From: Myxococcota bacterium
GTDB taxonomy: Bacteria > Myxococcota_A > Polyangia > HGW-17
NCBI GenBank assembly: GCA_018821305.1
Contig: JAHJMN010000085.1
Coordinates: 1-63,862 of the forward strand
Direction of reading: 5' to 3'
Length of the DNA stretch: 63,862 nt
Below, in pieces: positions 8,577-18,520 of the stretch. Made by a program: the position numbers and the translations under genes. The notes under the pieces were generated by a model. The model made no database searches. It was given only the letters and a program-made list of their open reading frames with translations, and was not told the origin of the DNA. Each line of letters begins with the position of its first letter. Position 1 is the stretch's first letter.

Positions 8577-9667
8577 TAATCAAATAACTTCAGTTGTACG
8601 GGTTTTGAGTTTGCAGTGGGTTTCGGTTTGACATCTCCGAGGTTGGAAACGGATATTCCCAGAAGTCTTACTTTGACATCTCCTACAATGGCAATTTTTA
8701 AAAGGTCCCGGGCGGTCTTTATAATAAGTTCAAGATCATCAATGGGATGTGGAAACGATCGATTTCGAGTGATTTGCCGGAAATCACTGAATTTAATCTT
8801 TAAAGTAACCGTTCGGCCCTTTGTTTTATGTTTTAACATCCTTTTATGAACGATGTTCGCGATACGATCCAGTTCATAAGCCATCTCTTCAAACGTAGTT
8901 AGATCCTTCGCAAAAGTATCCTCAGCTCCCACGGATTTTGTTTCTCGATGAGGTTCTACTCTGCGCTCATCAATACCTCTTACAATTTTGTAATAAAACC
9001 GTCCAACCTTACCGAAATGCATCACAATATCTGCTTCAGAGAGTTTTTTAAGGTCAGACCCCGTGTGAAGGCCCATTTTCTTCATTTTCTCCGCAGTAAC
9101 TTTTCCCACTCCGAAAAACTTTTCCACAGGTAAGCTTTCAATAAAGCTTTCAACTTTCGAAGGACCGATAAAAGTGAGTCCGTCGGGTTTGTTCATATCT
9201 GACGCTACCTTGGCGACAAACTTGTTTACAGAAACCCCGGCGGAAGCAGTGAGATTGAGTTCTGTTTTAATTGCTGTGCGTATCTGCTCTGCAATTTCAA
9301 GAGCGGATCCGATGCCCTGTTTGTCCTGCGTAACATCAAGATAAGCTTCATCCAGAGAAAGTGGTTCAATTAAATCAGTGTAACGGGAAAAAATTTCCCT
9401 AATCTGTTCGGAAACGCGCTTGTAAACTTCGAATCGGGGATAAACAAAAATCAAATGAGGACAAAGCTTTTGTGCTCGCTTTGATGGCATGGCAGAATGG
9501 ATCCCATACTTTCGTGCTTCATAACTGCAGGTTGCTACAACACCGCCGCGCCCATCGGGGGATCCACCAACAGCAATGGGTTTTCCACGATAATCCGCAT
9601 TGTCCCGCTGCTCAACGGAAGCATAAAACGCATCCATATCAATATGAATTATTTTCCTGTCAAACAA
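8573..9667 (-). CDS. dinB: DNA polymerase IV (Y-family, error-prone)
   Basis: N-terminus KIIHIDMDAFYASVEQRDN and SYEARKYGI are canonical DinB/UmuC motifs; 364 aa; stop codon overlaps the terminus of repeat element M-d. Confidence 0.9.
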   Translation of the reverse strand: MFDRKIIHIDMDAFYASVEQRDNADYRGKPIAVGGSPDGRGGVVATCSYEARKYGIHSAMPSKRAQKLCPHLIFVYPRFEVYKRVSEQIREIFSRYTDLIEPLSLDEAYLDVTQDKQGIGSALEIAEQIRTAIKTELNLTASAGVSVNKFVAKVASDMNKPDGLTFIGPSKVESFIESLPVEKFFGVGKVTAEKMKKMGLHTGSDLKKLSEADIVMHFGKVGRFYYKIVRGIDERRVEPHRETKSVGAEDTFAKDLTTFEEMAYELDRIANIVHKRMLKHKTKGRTVTLKIKFSDFRQITRNRSFPHPIDDLELIIKTARDLLKIAIVGDVKVRLLGISVSNLGDVKPKPTANSKPVQLKLFDY

Positions 9668-9714
9668 GCAAAACCGCTTTCGTCCATATGATATTTCCCG
9701 GGAAATACTGCAAA

Positions 9715-10668
9715 TTAAAGGGGAAGAGGAACGTTTTCGATTATTGAATTGAGGATTTCCTCTGTGTCCGTGTATTCGAGACCCATGAGTTCCTGACGAG
9801 CGACCATGCGGTGTGCAAGAGCACAGGGAGCAAGTTCGTGAAGATCCTCAGGTACTACGTATTTGCGACCGTCGACCAGGGCAAGGGCTTTAGCTGTGCG
9901 AATCCATGAAATGAGGGCACGGGGACTGATGCCCAGAGCGAGCATTTCGTTTTTCCTGCTGTAAAGGCCGATTTTAAGTATGTATTCCACAAGCGAATCC
10001 GCGAGTTTTACGGTATCCACCATCTCCATTATGCCGGAAATCTCATCGGGCTCCAGCATTGTGCGAGCCTTTACGGTATTGCCGCGACCAGCACGTTTGA
10101 GGAGAAACATCTCTGACTCAGGTTGCGGGTAGCCGAGACGGAGCCGGATATCGAAACGATCAAGTTGGCTTTCGGGAAGAGGGTAAGTGCCAGCAATTTC
10201 AACGGGATTTTGTGTTGCAATTACGAAAAACGGGCGAAGCAGAGGATATGTTTCACCCTCAACCGTAACCTGATTTTCTTCCATAGCTTCTAAAAACGCA
10301 CTCTGAGTTCTCGGAGCAGCACGGTTAATTTCGTCAACAACAATTATATGGCTGAAGATGGGACCTTTACGGAAAGAAAGTTCACCATTCATTCCCCGGG
10401 GAATACTGTAGCCTACAACATCCGAAGGCAGAAGATCCGGTGTACACTGAATACGCTGAACACTGACACCAAGAACTTCACCCAGAGTGCGAGCAAGAGT
10501 AGTTTTACCAACTCCCGGTACATCTTCTAAAAGCAAATGCCCACCGGCAAAAAAGGCAGCAGAAGCAAACCGCACAATACGGCGGGGCCCAAGATAGTGG
10601 CGGCCGACTTCTTCAACAAGGTTTCGCAGGAGATTCTGGGAAGTTTCGTGATCCATTATAGTGACCAA
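9715..10668 (-). CDS. MoxR-family AAA+ ATPase (orphan, no adjacent VWA/DUF58 partner)
   Basis: Walker A GVGKTTLAR, Walker B IIVVDEINRA, 317 aa typical MoxR size; no partner gene on either side (MITE copies instead). Confidence 0.85.
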   Translation of the reverse strand: MVTIMDHETSQNLLRNLVEEVGRHYLGPRRIVRFASAAFFAGGHLLLEDVPGVGKTTLARTLGEVLGVSVQRIQCTPDLLPSDVVGYSIPRGMNGELSFRKGPIFSHIIVVDEINRAAPRTQSAFLEAMEENQVTVEGETYPLLRPFFVIATQNPVEIAGTYPLPESQLDRFDIRLRLGYPQPESEMFLLKRAGRGNTVKARTMLEPDEISGIMEMVDTVKLADSLVEYILKIGLYSRKNEMLALGISPRALISWIRTAKALALVDGRKYVVPEDLHELAPCALAHRMVARQELMGLEYTDTEEILNSIIENVPLPL

Positions 10669-10697
10669 GTCCAGTGCAACTTTTTGTGTTTTGTAAT

Positions 10698-10901
10698 GAG
10701 TTCGTGTCCTATTGCATTCCGCTGCGTGAAATTGCCTGCCTGAATTCCCTTTTACTGCTACTGCTTACCTGATTTTTTTAACAGACAATCAGGAATTCAG
10801 AAAATCAGGTTCAGGATCTGTGTAACCATTCAGAATTAAAACGAACGTAATTTTTAATTCAATTTCCCGGTTTCGATCCTTTTATTCCGCAAGCGGTCTA
10901 G
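10698..10901 (+). mobile_element. M element copy M-b, left end replaced by caggacacgaac module (reverse complement)
   Basis: gagttcgtgtcct then conserved core attgcattccgctgcgtgaaattgcctgcctg, hairpin arms, right end tttcgatccttttattccgcaagcggtc followed by TA (10899-10900). Confidence 0.85.
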
Positions 10902-12145
10902 AAAACATAACCCTTTGGTATAACGACGATATCTTCATCTGTGACGAAGAATCGCTGACGATCCCGGTATACGTCGTATCCGATTTCCTCGTTGGCTGGA
11001 ATCTGTATGTTTTTGTCAACTATACATCGTCTCAACCTTGCATTGCGTCCTACCTCGACGTTTTCGAAAAGAATTGAATCCTCAATTTGAGAATAGGAGT
11101 TAATGCGTACACAGGTACCGAGGATGGAGCGATCAATGCGACCACCGGAAATAATACACCCTTCAGAAACCAGTGAGTTCGTGGCGACACCCACGCGGGG
11201 ACCGTCGGCAAATACGAATTTGGCCGGAGGAAGTGGTTGATTATATGTATGAATAGGCCAATGCCGATTATAGAGATTGAACGTAGGGCTTACGCTTATC
11301 AGTTCCATATTGGCATCGAAGTAACTCTGAAGATTACCGACATCTCGCCAGTAGCCCTTCTCTCGTTCGGTTTCGCCGGGAACTATATTGCTTGAAAAAT
11401 CATAAACAAAAACCCTGTAGGACTCAACCATCTTGGGGATAACGTCCTTGCCGAAATCGTGACTTGAAGTTGGGTTTTCCGCATCCCGGGAAAGCTCGCT
11501 GACCAGCGGTAGGGGATCAAAAACATAGTTACCCATGGAAGCCAGTGCCCAACCGGGACGACCGGGAATTTCTTTGGGTTCTTTTGGTTTTTCCTGGAAT
11601 CCGAGAACCCGCCAGTTGGTGTCGACTTCAATGACGCCAAAAGAGCGTGCTTCTTCCACGGGGACTGGAATCGCAGCAATTGTGAGATCCGCACCAGCCA
11701 TGAGATGAAAATCGATCATCTGACGGATGTCCATAGTGTAAATGTGGTCGCCACCGAAAATACACATGATATCAGGACGTTCGTCAACGATTATGTTCAT
11801 GCTCTGGTAAATGGCATCAGCACTTCCTTTGAACCAGCTTTTATCCACTCGCTGCTGTGCAGGAACTGCTTCAATGTATTGACCAATGGTGAACGGAAAA
11901 TGCCAGCCTCGACTCAGGTGCTTGTTGAGACTGTCGGATTTGTATTGAGTCAGTACTTTAATCTTGTAAAGACCGCTATTTACGAAGTTTGACAGAACAA
12001 CGTCAATGAGACGGTACCGGCCACCGATGGGAACGGCGGGTTTTGCCCGGTCTGCGGTTAGAGGAAACAGGCGGCTTCCCACTCCGCCTGCCAGAACTAC
12101 GCTGAGTATTTTCGCAGTGGTTCTCTTTATGAGTAAATCGCGCAT
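10898..12145 (-). CDS. glgC: glucose-1-phosphate adenylyltransferase
   Basis: VLAGGVGSRLFPLT nucleotide-binding loop, PAVPIGGRYRLIDVVLSN motif, left-handed beta-helix C-terminus; stop codon overlaps terminus of repeat element M-b. Confidence 0.9.
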   Translation of the reverse strand: MRDLLIKRTTAKILSVVLAGGVGSRLFPLTADRAKPAVPIGGRYRLIDVVLSNFVNSGLYKIKVLTQYKSDSLNKHLSRGWHFPFTIGQYIEAVPAQQRVDKSWFKGSADAIYQSMNIIVDERPDIMCIFGGDHIYTMDIRQMIDFHLMAGADLTIAAIPVPVEEARSFGVIEVDTNWRVLGFQEKPKEPKEIPGRPGWALASMGNYVFDPLPLVSELSRDAENPTSSHDFGKDVIPKMVESYRVFVYDFSSNIVPGETEREKGYWRDVGNLQSYFDANMELISVSPTFNLYNRHWPIHTYNQPLPPAKFVFADGPRVGVATNSLVSEGCIISGGRIDRSILGTCVRINSYSQIEDSILFENVEVGRNARLRRCIVDKNIQIPANEEIGYDVYRDRQRFFVTDEDIVVIPKGYVF

Positions 12146-12274
12146 TCATTACCTCCGCATAAAAGCCGTGGTGTATCAGTTTCAAGTAAATCTAATAGAT
12201 TTTTCCCCTTTTGTACAGATAAGCTGAAAAAATCTTTCCAGCATTGCTGCATTCAGGGAATCAGTTAGAGTGGA

Positions 12275-13918
12275 CTACTCTACGAGGGAGAAAGACAGGA
12301 TCATTTTCCAGTGGTCTTCGTGGGTCTCGACATTATCGAGTTCCGTCATTACTTCCGGGCCCGGATCCCCGTTTAAAGTTGTGAGAAGCGATGAAGACAT
12401 TTTAATAATGGGAAAAGTGGAAAACATATCGCTTACTACACCGGGGACAGCAGTATTCAGCAATTTAACGACTTTATCCGTATCAACAAGTTCGTTCATG
12501 CGATCAAAACCCGTATCGTAAAAGACGATTGTGCGACTGGTATCGCGCATCAGTCGGAGAGAATTGCCTTCCTGAACAAAATAAACAGGGACTTTTCCCG
12601 CTGTGTGAGCTGTGGTGTCTGCGGCGCCTTCAACGGCCATGGTAATCTGAATTCCGCCCATCACAAGCCACGGTCCATCTGATTCCCACTCAAGAATTGG
12701 CGGTAAAAGCAGGTTAATTTCCGAAGAAGAAATACGATCGTAGTAGCCCCCGAGTTTTTCCATTCCGAGGTTATAAAGCTGCTCTTTGGTGTAGACTATA
12801 TTATTAGTATTACCGGCATCCCAGATGGCAAAAGCTATCTGATTTACAAGAGAACTACCGAAAGTAATGGTCATACCCTGCTCAAAATTGCCATCAGGGT
12901 GCGTGCGTTTGAGCACTCCATGGTCGGGTTTTGCATAAATCGGTGTTTCAGCTTTAATTTCCGTTCTATACGTGAGACTAACATTTCCAGCACCACTCAC
13001 CAGACTTTCCACTTGAGTCACCTGGGTAATGGGATACTCAAAATCCAGTTGCACCTGAGGAACCAGAGTCGTCATGAGTGTGTTAAATACAACCCGGGAA
13101 GAATTACGAGTGGTTTCCATAATTGCCTTACGAACTTCCTCGTCCAGGGCGTCAATTACAAAACCGAAAGCTTCCTCAGGAATACCGCCATCATCAGTTA
13201 CGTGCGGGTCAGAAGCAATGGCGGACATATTGATGAGATCACTGTCTGTTGTGCTCAGAATTACTTCTCCGGATACTTCCATCCACTCGTATAAAGCCTG
13301 TCCTGATGAATTGATGCCAGCGGTTTTAGCGTTGTAGACGATGTTCACGTTAGACAGAAGCGAATGAAAATAAAGTGTATCGCCATCATAATACATTGAA
13401 ACATCAATTCCTTCGGCGATGACGGATGTGGAAGTAACTTCAATTGTAACGGGAATAAATGCGATAGTTGTTTCAACGGTAATGGGGTTTGGCATGTACT
13501 CAACGAGTTCCTGCCCTTCCATCATATCGCTGCATAAAGAAGCAAATGAAACTCCCTGAGCCTTGTCTATTATGTCAGGGCCGAGTCTGGTTTTTACTGT
13601 TCCGCTATGAAAACCTGCAGGTTCAAGGAATTCACCCTGATGATAGGACCGTACAGTCAATAACCGGGAGCCTAGTTGGCCCGCTACAATAAAACCCAGT
13701 CCGTCAACGGGATCCAGTGATACTGACGCAGATTTACCTGAATAAATCTGACCATTTATATGAATAGGACCTGATTTGCCAGAAACAAAAACCTCAGCTT
13801 GCTGCCTCGGTGCGAGCATGGAGCCCGGGGGAGGATTATCAATTACGACATTATTAACTTCTTCACAGGAAACGGCTGTCAGAGCAAGAATAAGTGTGAT
13901 AATCGAAATAATTTTCAT
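12275..13918 (-). CDS. hypothetical lipoprotein (547 aa)
   Basis: Signal peptide with LTAVSC lipobox; long ORF with even codon usage; no recognisable motif. Confidence 0.6.
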   Translation of the reverse strand: MKIISIITLILALTAVSCEEVNNVVIDNPPPGSMLAPRQQAEVFVSGKSGPIHINGQIYSGKSASVSLDPVDGLGFIVAGQLGSRLLTVRSYHQGEFLEPAGFHSGTVKTRLGPDIIDKAQGVSFASLCSDMMEGQELVEYMPNPITVETTIAFIPVTIEVTSTSVIAEGIDVSMYYDGDTLYFHSLLSNVNIVYNAKTAGINSSGQALYEWMEVSGEVILSTTDSDLINMSAIASDPHVTDDGGIPEEAFGFVIDALDEEVRKAIMETTRNSSRVVFNTLMTTLVPQVQLDFEYPITQVTQVESLVSGAGNVSLTYRTEIKAETPIYAKPDHGVLKRTHPDGNFEQGMTITFGSSLVNQIAFAIWDAGNTNNIVYTKEQLYNLGMEKLGGYYDRISSSEINLLLPPILEWESDGPWLVMGGIQITMAVEGAADTTAHTAGKVPVYFVQEGNSLRLMRDTSRTIVFYDTGFDRMNELVDTDKVVKLLNTAVPGVVSDMFSTFPIIKMSSSLLTTLNGDPGPEVMTELDNVETHEDHWKMILSFSLVE

Positions 13919-14060
13919 AGGAAATCCTGAGCCAGTATGAGAAGACTGACAGGATGTAATCTAGAGGGCCAGGATTGCATTGTCAATAAAAACTTCAAAA
14001 TTTAGATAATATATTCATACACTTATGACGCAGCGTGTCAAAATAAAATCAGGACATTGG

Positions 14061-15524
14061 CTAAAACCGTTGGAGTGTTTTTCCTGAGATAATCCGGAAA
14101 GAATGAGGGGCTAAAAGCATGTCGTGCAAGTCACCCCCAGCGGGATAGATCAAACGAGAGGGTTGAAATTCGTCCGGATATTTGAAAGCGGTACCAAAAC
14201 GGGATTTATTGAAAATGCAAAGAAAACAGGTCTCTGAATCCTGTCGATAAAAACTGAAAATGTCACCCTTTGCTATGGCGCGACGATATTTTCCGTCCCG
14301 GAGGACCGAATGCTCCTTTCTGAGGGAAGCAAGATCTGAGAGTCCCTTATAAATAGAATTCTCAAACGCATTATTAAAAATTTCTGAAGGAATTGTCTTT
14401 CTACAATGAGGGTCTTTTCCACCTGTGAGGCCAATTTCATCCCCGTAGTACACACAGGGAAGTCCCGGAAGCAGATATATAAGGGCGTGGGCAAACAAGT
14501 GCTTGCGAGGATTTTGACGCAATATTGTAAAAGTGCGCGGAGTATCGTGGCTACCGAGCAGATTCAGTTGTCGTAAAAGCGATTCAGAATCGAATAATTT
14601 AAAATAAGAGTCAATCCAGTCTGCTACTGATTCGGCGTCAAGGGGCTGAATATCCCTGTAATTTGAATTCTGCACAACAGATTTTGCCGGAGATTCATCC
14701 ACGGTAAAACCGATGATTTTCTTTGCAAGTTCATAATTCATTATTGAATCAAAGAGGTTTTCAGTAACCCAGCTGGATCCGTTTTCCCAGATTTCCCCCG
14801 TGAGATAGCACGACGGATTAACTTCGCGAACCTGAGCGCAGAACAAAGGCCAGAAATCAGGGTTTTCAATTTCTTCAGGAACATCAAATCTCCAACCGTC
14901 AATCCCCCTCTCCGTCCAGAATCGAGCTACTTTGAGAGCAAATTCTATAACTTCCGGATTGTAAGTATTAAATTTTGGCAAGGCAGGAAGTCCCCACCAG
15001 CAACGGTAACCGAACTTCTGTATATCACTGTTTCCGCGCATACGACCGTAGGGCACAATACCGCCACCATCCTTTAGAGCGGACTGATCAAAATGAAACC
15101 AGTCGATATAGGGTGATGCACTGCCGTTTTCCGCAGTGTGGGCAAACTGCAGGAATGAGCGGGAGGCATGATTAAAAACCCCATCAATAATAATGCGCAT
15201 ATCACGTTCATGGGCACTCTTGATAAGAGCATCAAAAGCGGGCATTCCCCCAAGGATGGGATCCACGTTGAAGTAATCCGTTGTGTGATAACGATGATTT
15301 GCCGTAGAAGTAAAAACCGGTGTCAGATAGATTGCATTGATGCCTAGATCTCTTAGATAATCCAGATGCTCAACTACCCCGTATAGGTCACCACCTTTGA
15401 ACCCGTAAACTGATGGTGGAGAATCCCATTCTTCAAAAACACCAACCTTTTCTACACGCTCACTCCTGGCAAACCGGTCAGGAAAGATTTCATAAAAAAC
15501 AGCTCTTTTCCAGTCATACGTCAT
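14061..15524 (-). CDS. GH13 alpha-amylase family glycosidase (cyclomaltodextrinase/neopullulanase-like)
   Basis: GH13 conserved regions: DGVFNH, GWRFDV (nucleophile Asp), GEIW (acid/base Glu), LLGSHDTPR. Confidence 0.85.
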   Translation of the reverse strand: MTYDWKRAVFYEIFPDRFARSERVEKVGVFEEWDSPPSVYGFKGGDLYGVVEHLDYLRDLGINAIYLTPVFTSTANHRYHTTDYFNVDPILGGMPAFDALIKSAHERDMRIIIDGVFNHASRSFLQFAHTAENGSASPYIDWFHFDQSALKDGGGIVPYGRMRGNSDIQKFGYRCWWGLPALPKFNTYNPEVIEFALKVARFWTERGIDGWRFDVPEEIENPDFWPLFCAQVREVNPSCYLTGEIWENGSSWVTENLFDSIMNYELAKKIIGFTVDESPAKSVVQNSNYRDIQPLDAESVADWIDSYFKLFDSESLLRQLNLLGSHDTPRTFTILRQNPRKHLFAHALIYLLPGLPCVYYGDEIGLTGGKDPHCRKTIPSEIFNNAFENSIYKGLSDLASLRKEHSVLRDGKYRRAIAKGDIFSFYRQDSETCFLCIFNKSRFGTAFKYPDEFQPSRLIYPAGGDLHDMLLAPHSFRIISGKTLQRF

Positions 15525-15548
15525 ATAAAATAACCTTATTGCTTAAAA

Positions 15549-16331
15549 TCAGTGGAGTTCAATGAGGCGGAGGGTTTCTGATATGTGTTCATCCATGGGT
15601 TTATCCCACTCTCTGGAATAGCCGCAGGCCACACTTTCCCAATTGACTCCGTTACCCACATCTGCATGAAAAAAGCACCGGTGGAGATGACCGCTGAAAA
15701 TATGACGAACACGTTTTTCCGAGAGTATGGTTTCTCCAAGACGATCTGAGCCCTGATAAGAAAGAATATCATCTGGTACCATATCTTTTACAAGGGAAAG
15801 AAATGGCACTGTGTGGCACACAACTACAATTCGTTCAATAGTTTCAGGAACTTCTTTAAACTGTTTTTTAAGGAGTTCACACTGCCAGGACACAACATCA
15901 ATGGGAGTATCTAAACCCGGGAAAATGCAAAGCTTTTCATCCGGGGAATGTTTATCACCGGAAGGAAAAGCATCATACCATCCCGTTATTCCCACAAATG
16001 CAGTATTCCCAATAATTACCGGCATATTTCCCAAGTAATCAACGCCGCTACGCAGAGCAATACCTCTCAGAACTTCTGTGTAGAGGACTGAGGAATTAAG
16101 GGTCCCGGCGGTTTCCGTGAGCCACAGGTCGTGATTCCCCGGCACAAACAGTAAACGCGGGACAATATCTTTGATTCGTTTCAGAATTGCACCAAGGCGG
16201 GAAGACCCGTTAAAGAGATCTCCCCCTAAAACAAGAACATCGGGCCTCAGTTTTTTTACCCGATCTTCCAAAACCGGGAGTAATCCAATATTATGGTCAA
16301 AGTGAAGATCGCTGATACAAGCCAGTCTCAA
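15549..16331 (-). CDS. metallophosphoesterase (calcineurin-like)
   Basis: DLHFD, GGDLFNG and GNHD motifs. Confidence 0.8.
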   Translation of the reverse strand: MRLACISDLHFDHNIGLLPVLEDRVKKLRPDVLVLGGDLFNGSSRLGAILKRIKDIVPRLLFVPGNHDLWLTETAGTLNSSVLYTEVLRGIALRSGVDYLGNMPVIIGNTAFVGITGWYDAFPSGDKHSPDEKLCIFPGLDTPIDVVSWQCELLKKQFKEVPETIERIVVVCHTVPFLSLVKDMVPDDILSYQGSDRLGETILSEKRVRHIFSGHLHRCFFHADVGNGVNWESVACGYSREWDKPMDEHISETLRLIELH

Positions 16332-16589
16332 TTGAATAACGTCCTCTCAACCTGTTGCATTTCACAAGGCGAAATTGCTTGCCTGTAATCCATTACGGAA
16401 CACAAAAGATATTTTATGTCCTGAATTCCGAAACGAAACAACATAAATTGACTATTTTATATGCCCATAGTTGCGAATTTAATTTATTAAAAGTGTGTTT
16501 TGAAGAAAAAATTACAAAAAAATCAACACTCCACTTTGCACAGAACAGACAAAGGTGTATACTGTCATACCATTTCAGGAGGAGTACCC

Positions 16590-18077
16590 ATGAAAAAACT
16601 TACAATCTCTATAATTTTAGGTCTTGCGATGATTGCAGCTCCGGGTTGCGACGATGATTCTTCAAATCCGGCTCAGGAGATCTGTGATAACGGTAAGGAC
16701 GATGATGGCGATGGATTTATTGACTGTCTTGACCAGAACTGCTTTGGTGATCCCGCCTGCAACAGCACTCAGGAAATCTGCGACAACGATCAGGATGATG
16801 ATGGTGACGGATTTGTGGATTGCGATGATGCCGATTGCGTAAACGAATGCGAATACACAGAAATCTGCAACAATGAAATCGACGACGATGACGATGGTTA
16901 TGTAGACTGCGATGATCAGGATTGCTCCGGCAGCCAATTCTGCAATGCAACAGAGGAAATCTGCAACAATAACCTTGATGATGATCTCGATGGTGCCATT
17001 GACTGCGATGACTCCGATTGTTCCGAACATCCATCCTGCATCACAAATGATGAAATCTGTGACAATGGCGTTGATGACGATGGGGACGGGTTTGTGGATT
17101 GCAATGACGCCGATTGCGAAGACGAATGCGAATTAACAGAAGTCTGCAACAATGAGCAGGACGATGATGAAGACGGTTTTGTAGATTGTGAAGATCAGGA
17201 TTGCTGGAATCACCAGTACTGCAACCTTCCTGTGGAAAACTGCACAAACGGCATTGACGACGATATGGACGGCGATGTTGACTGTGAAGACGGCGACTGT
17301 CGTGAACACCCTGACTGCTGGATCACTCAGGAAGATTGTGAAAACGGCATTGACGATGACAACGACGGCTTCGTTGACTGCAACGATTCCGACTGTGCGG
17401 ATCAGTGTGTCTTCCTTGAAAATTGTAATAATCAGATTGATGATGATGGCGATGGATATGTTGACTGTGAAGATCAGGATTGCTGGAACAATCAGGTTTG
17501 TCAGGCTCAGACGGAAATCTGCTATAACGGCCTTGATGATGACGGTGATGGCGACATCGATTGCGATGACTGGGACTGCTATAATTCACCCTATTGCCCG
17601 GGCTCTGAAGAAATCTGCAATAACATGTGGGATGATGATGGCGATGGCGACATCGATTGCGCCGATGCAGACTGCGCAATGGATCCATGGTGTCAGACTC
17701 CTAGAGAACAGGATTGCTCAAACTGGCAGGACGATGATGGCGACGGATATCGTGATTGCCGTGATTCCGACTGCATAGGAGATGCAGCATGCGGTGAATG
17801 TAACGCAGTGGATGGCTCCGGATGCGGAAATGGGACTTATTGCTACTTTGATCGTCAGGATAATTATCAGGGCAACTGCACAACGGAGCATGGTACAGGA
17901 AGTGTTGGAGATCCCTGCCAGACGGAAACGGAATGTTCCGTAGGTCTTTTCTGCAATCAACAAACAGATGTTTGTGACGAACTTTGCCTCCTTGGCACTG
18001 TATGTTCATCCTCAGGCGGCACTGCAACCATGTGTACTGAAGCATGGAACGGAAGCCCCTACGGCTACTGTCCGTAA
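16590..18077 (+). CDS. secreted lipoprotein made of ~11 Cys/Asp-rich putative metal/Ca-binding repeats (ICDNGxDDDGDGFVDCxDxDC)
   Basis: RBS aggagga then ATG at 16590; lipobox LAMIAAPGC; tandem ~37-aa repeats with higher-order ~330-nt nucleotide periodicity; the ORF-track start at 16500 is upstream of the RBS and judged too early. Confidence 0.7.
   Translation: MKKLTISIILGLAMIAAPGCDDDSSNPAQEICDNGKDDDGDGFIDCLDQNCFGDPACNSTQEICDNDQDDDGDGFVDCDDADCVNECEYTEICNNEIDDDDDGYVDCDDQDCSGSQFCNATEEICNNNLDDDLDGAIDCDDSDCSEHPSCITNDEICDNGVDDDGDGFVDCNDADCEDECELTEVCNNEQDDDEDGFVDCEDQDCWNHQYCNLPVENCTNGIDDDMDGDVDCEDGDCREHPDCWITQEDCENGIDDDNDGFVDCNDSDCADQCVFLENCNNQIDDDGDGYVDCEDQDCWNNQVCQAQTEICYNGLDDDGDGDIDCDDWDCYNSPYCPGSEEICNNMWDDDGDGDIDCADADCAMDPWCQTPREQDCSNWQDDDGDGYRDCRDSDCIGDAACGECNAVDGSGCGNGTYCYFDRQDNYQGNCTTEHGTGSVGDPCQTETECSVGLFCNQQTDVCDELCLLGTVCSSSGGTATMCTEAWNGSPYGYCP
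16650..17700 (+). repeat. intragenic tandem DNA repeats (about 111 nt units in about 330-nt higher-order blocks) encoding the Cys/Asp-rich repeats
   Basis: Recurring gaaatctgcgacaa ... gatgatgatggcgatgg ... gattgcgatgat strings at about 111-nt spacing across 16650-17700. Confidence 0.7.
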
Positions 18078-18232
18078 TTCCTCTCTTTCGTTTAAAACTT
18101 CAGTTTTACCCTTTAAAAATCAAAATAACATTGATCTTGTCAAACTCATGCATTATATTGTCGTCCCTTATGGTTTTTGTACGTGTCCGGTCATCTCAGA
18201 ATATACCTGCTTTGCCGAAGACATGAACATCT

Positions 18233-18505
18233 TTGAAGGAGAAATCCATGGCCAGAGTTACCGTTGAAGATTGCCTTGAAAAAGTACCAAATCGTTTTGC
18301 CCTCGTTAGACTTGCATCTGAACGAGTTCGTGAGTTAGCGCGTCCGGGAATGACACCCCTGGTAAAATGTAAAAATAAACATGCTGTTACAGCCCTTCGT
18401 GAAATTGCTATAGGCGTAGTACGGTATGAAGAAGATGTCAACGAAGTTGTAAGAGCATACTCTGAAGAAATGAAGTATTCTCTGCCCCAACATTTCACTT
18501 TCTAA
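18233..18505 (+). CDS. rpoZ: DNA-directed RNA polymerase subunit omega
   Basis: [30 protein letters not shown] is the canonical RpoZ N-terminus; 90 aa. Confidence 0.85.
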   Translation: MKEKSMARVTVEDCLEKVPNRFALVRLASERVRELARPGMTPLVKCKNKHAVTALREIAIGVVRYEEDVNEVVRAYSEEMKYSLPQHFTF

Positions 18506-18520
18506 TTTCATGGTGTAAAT

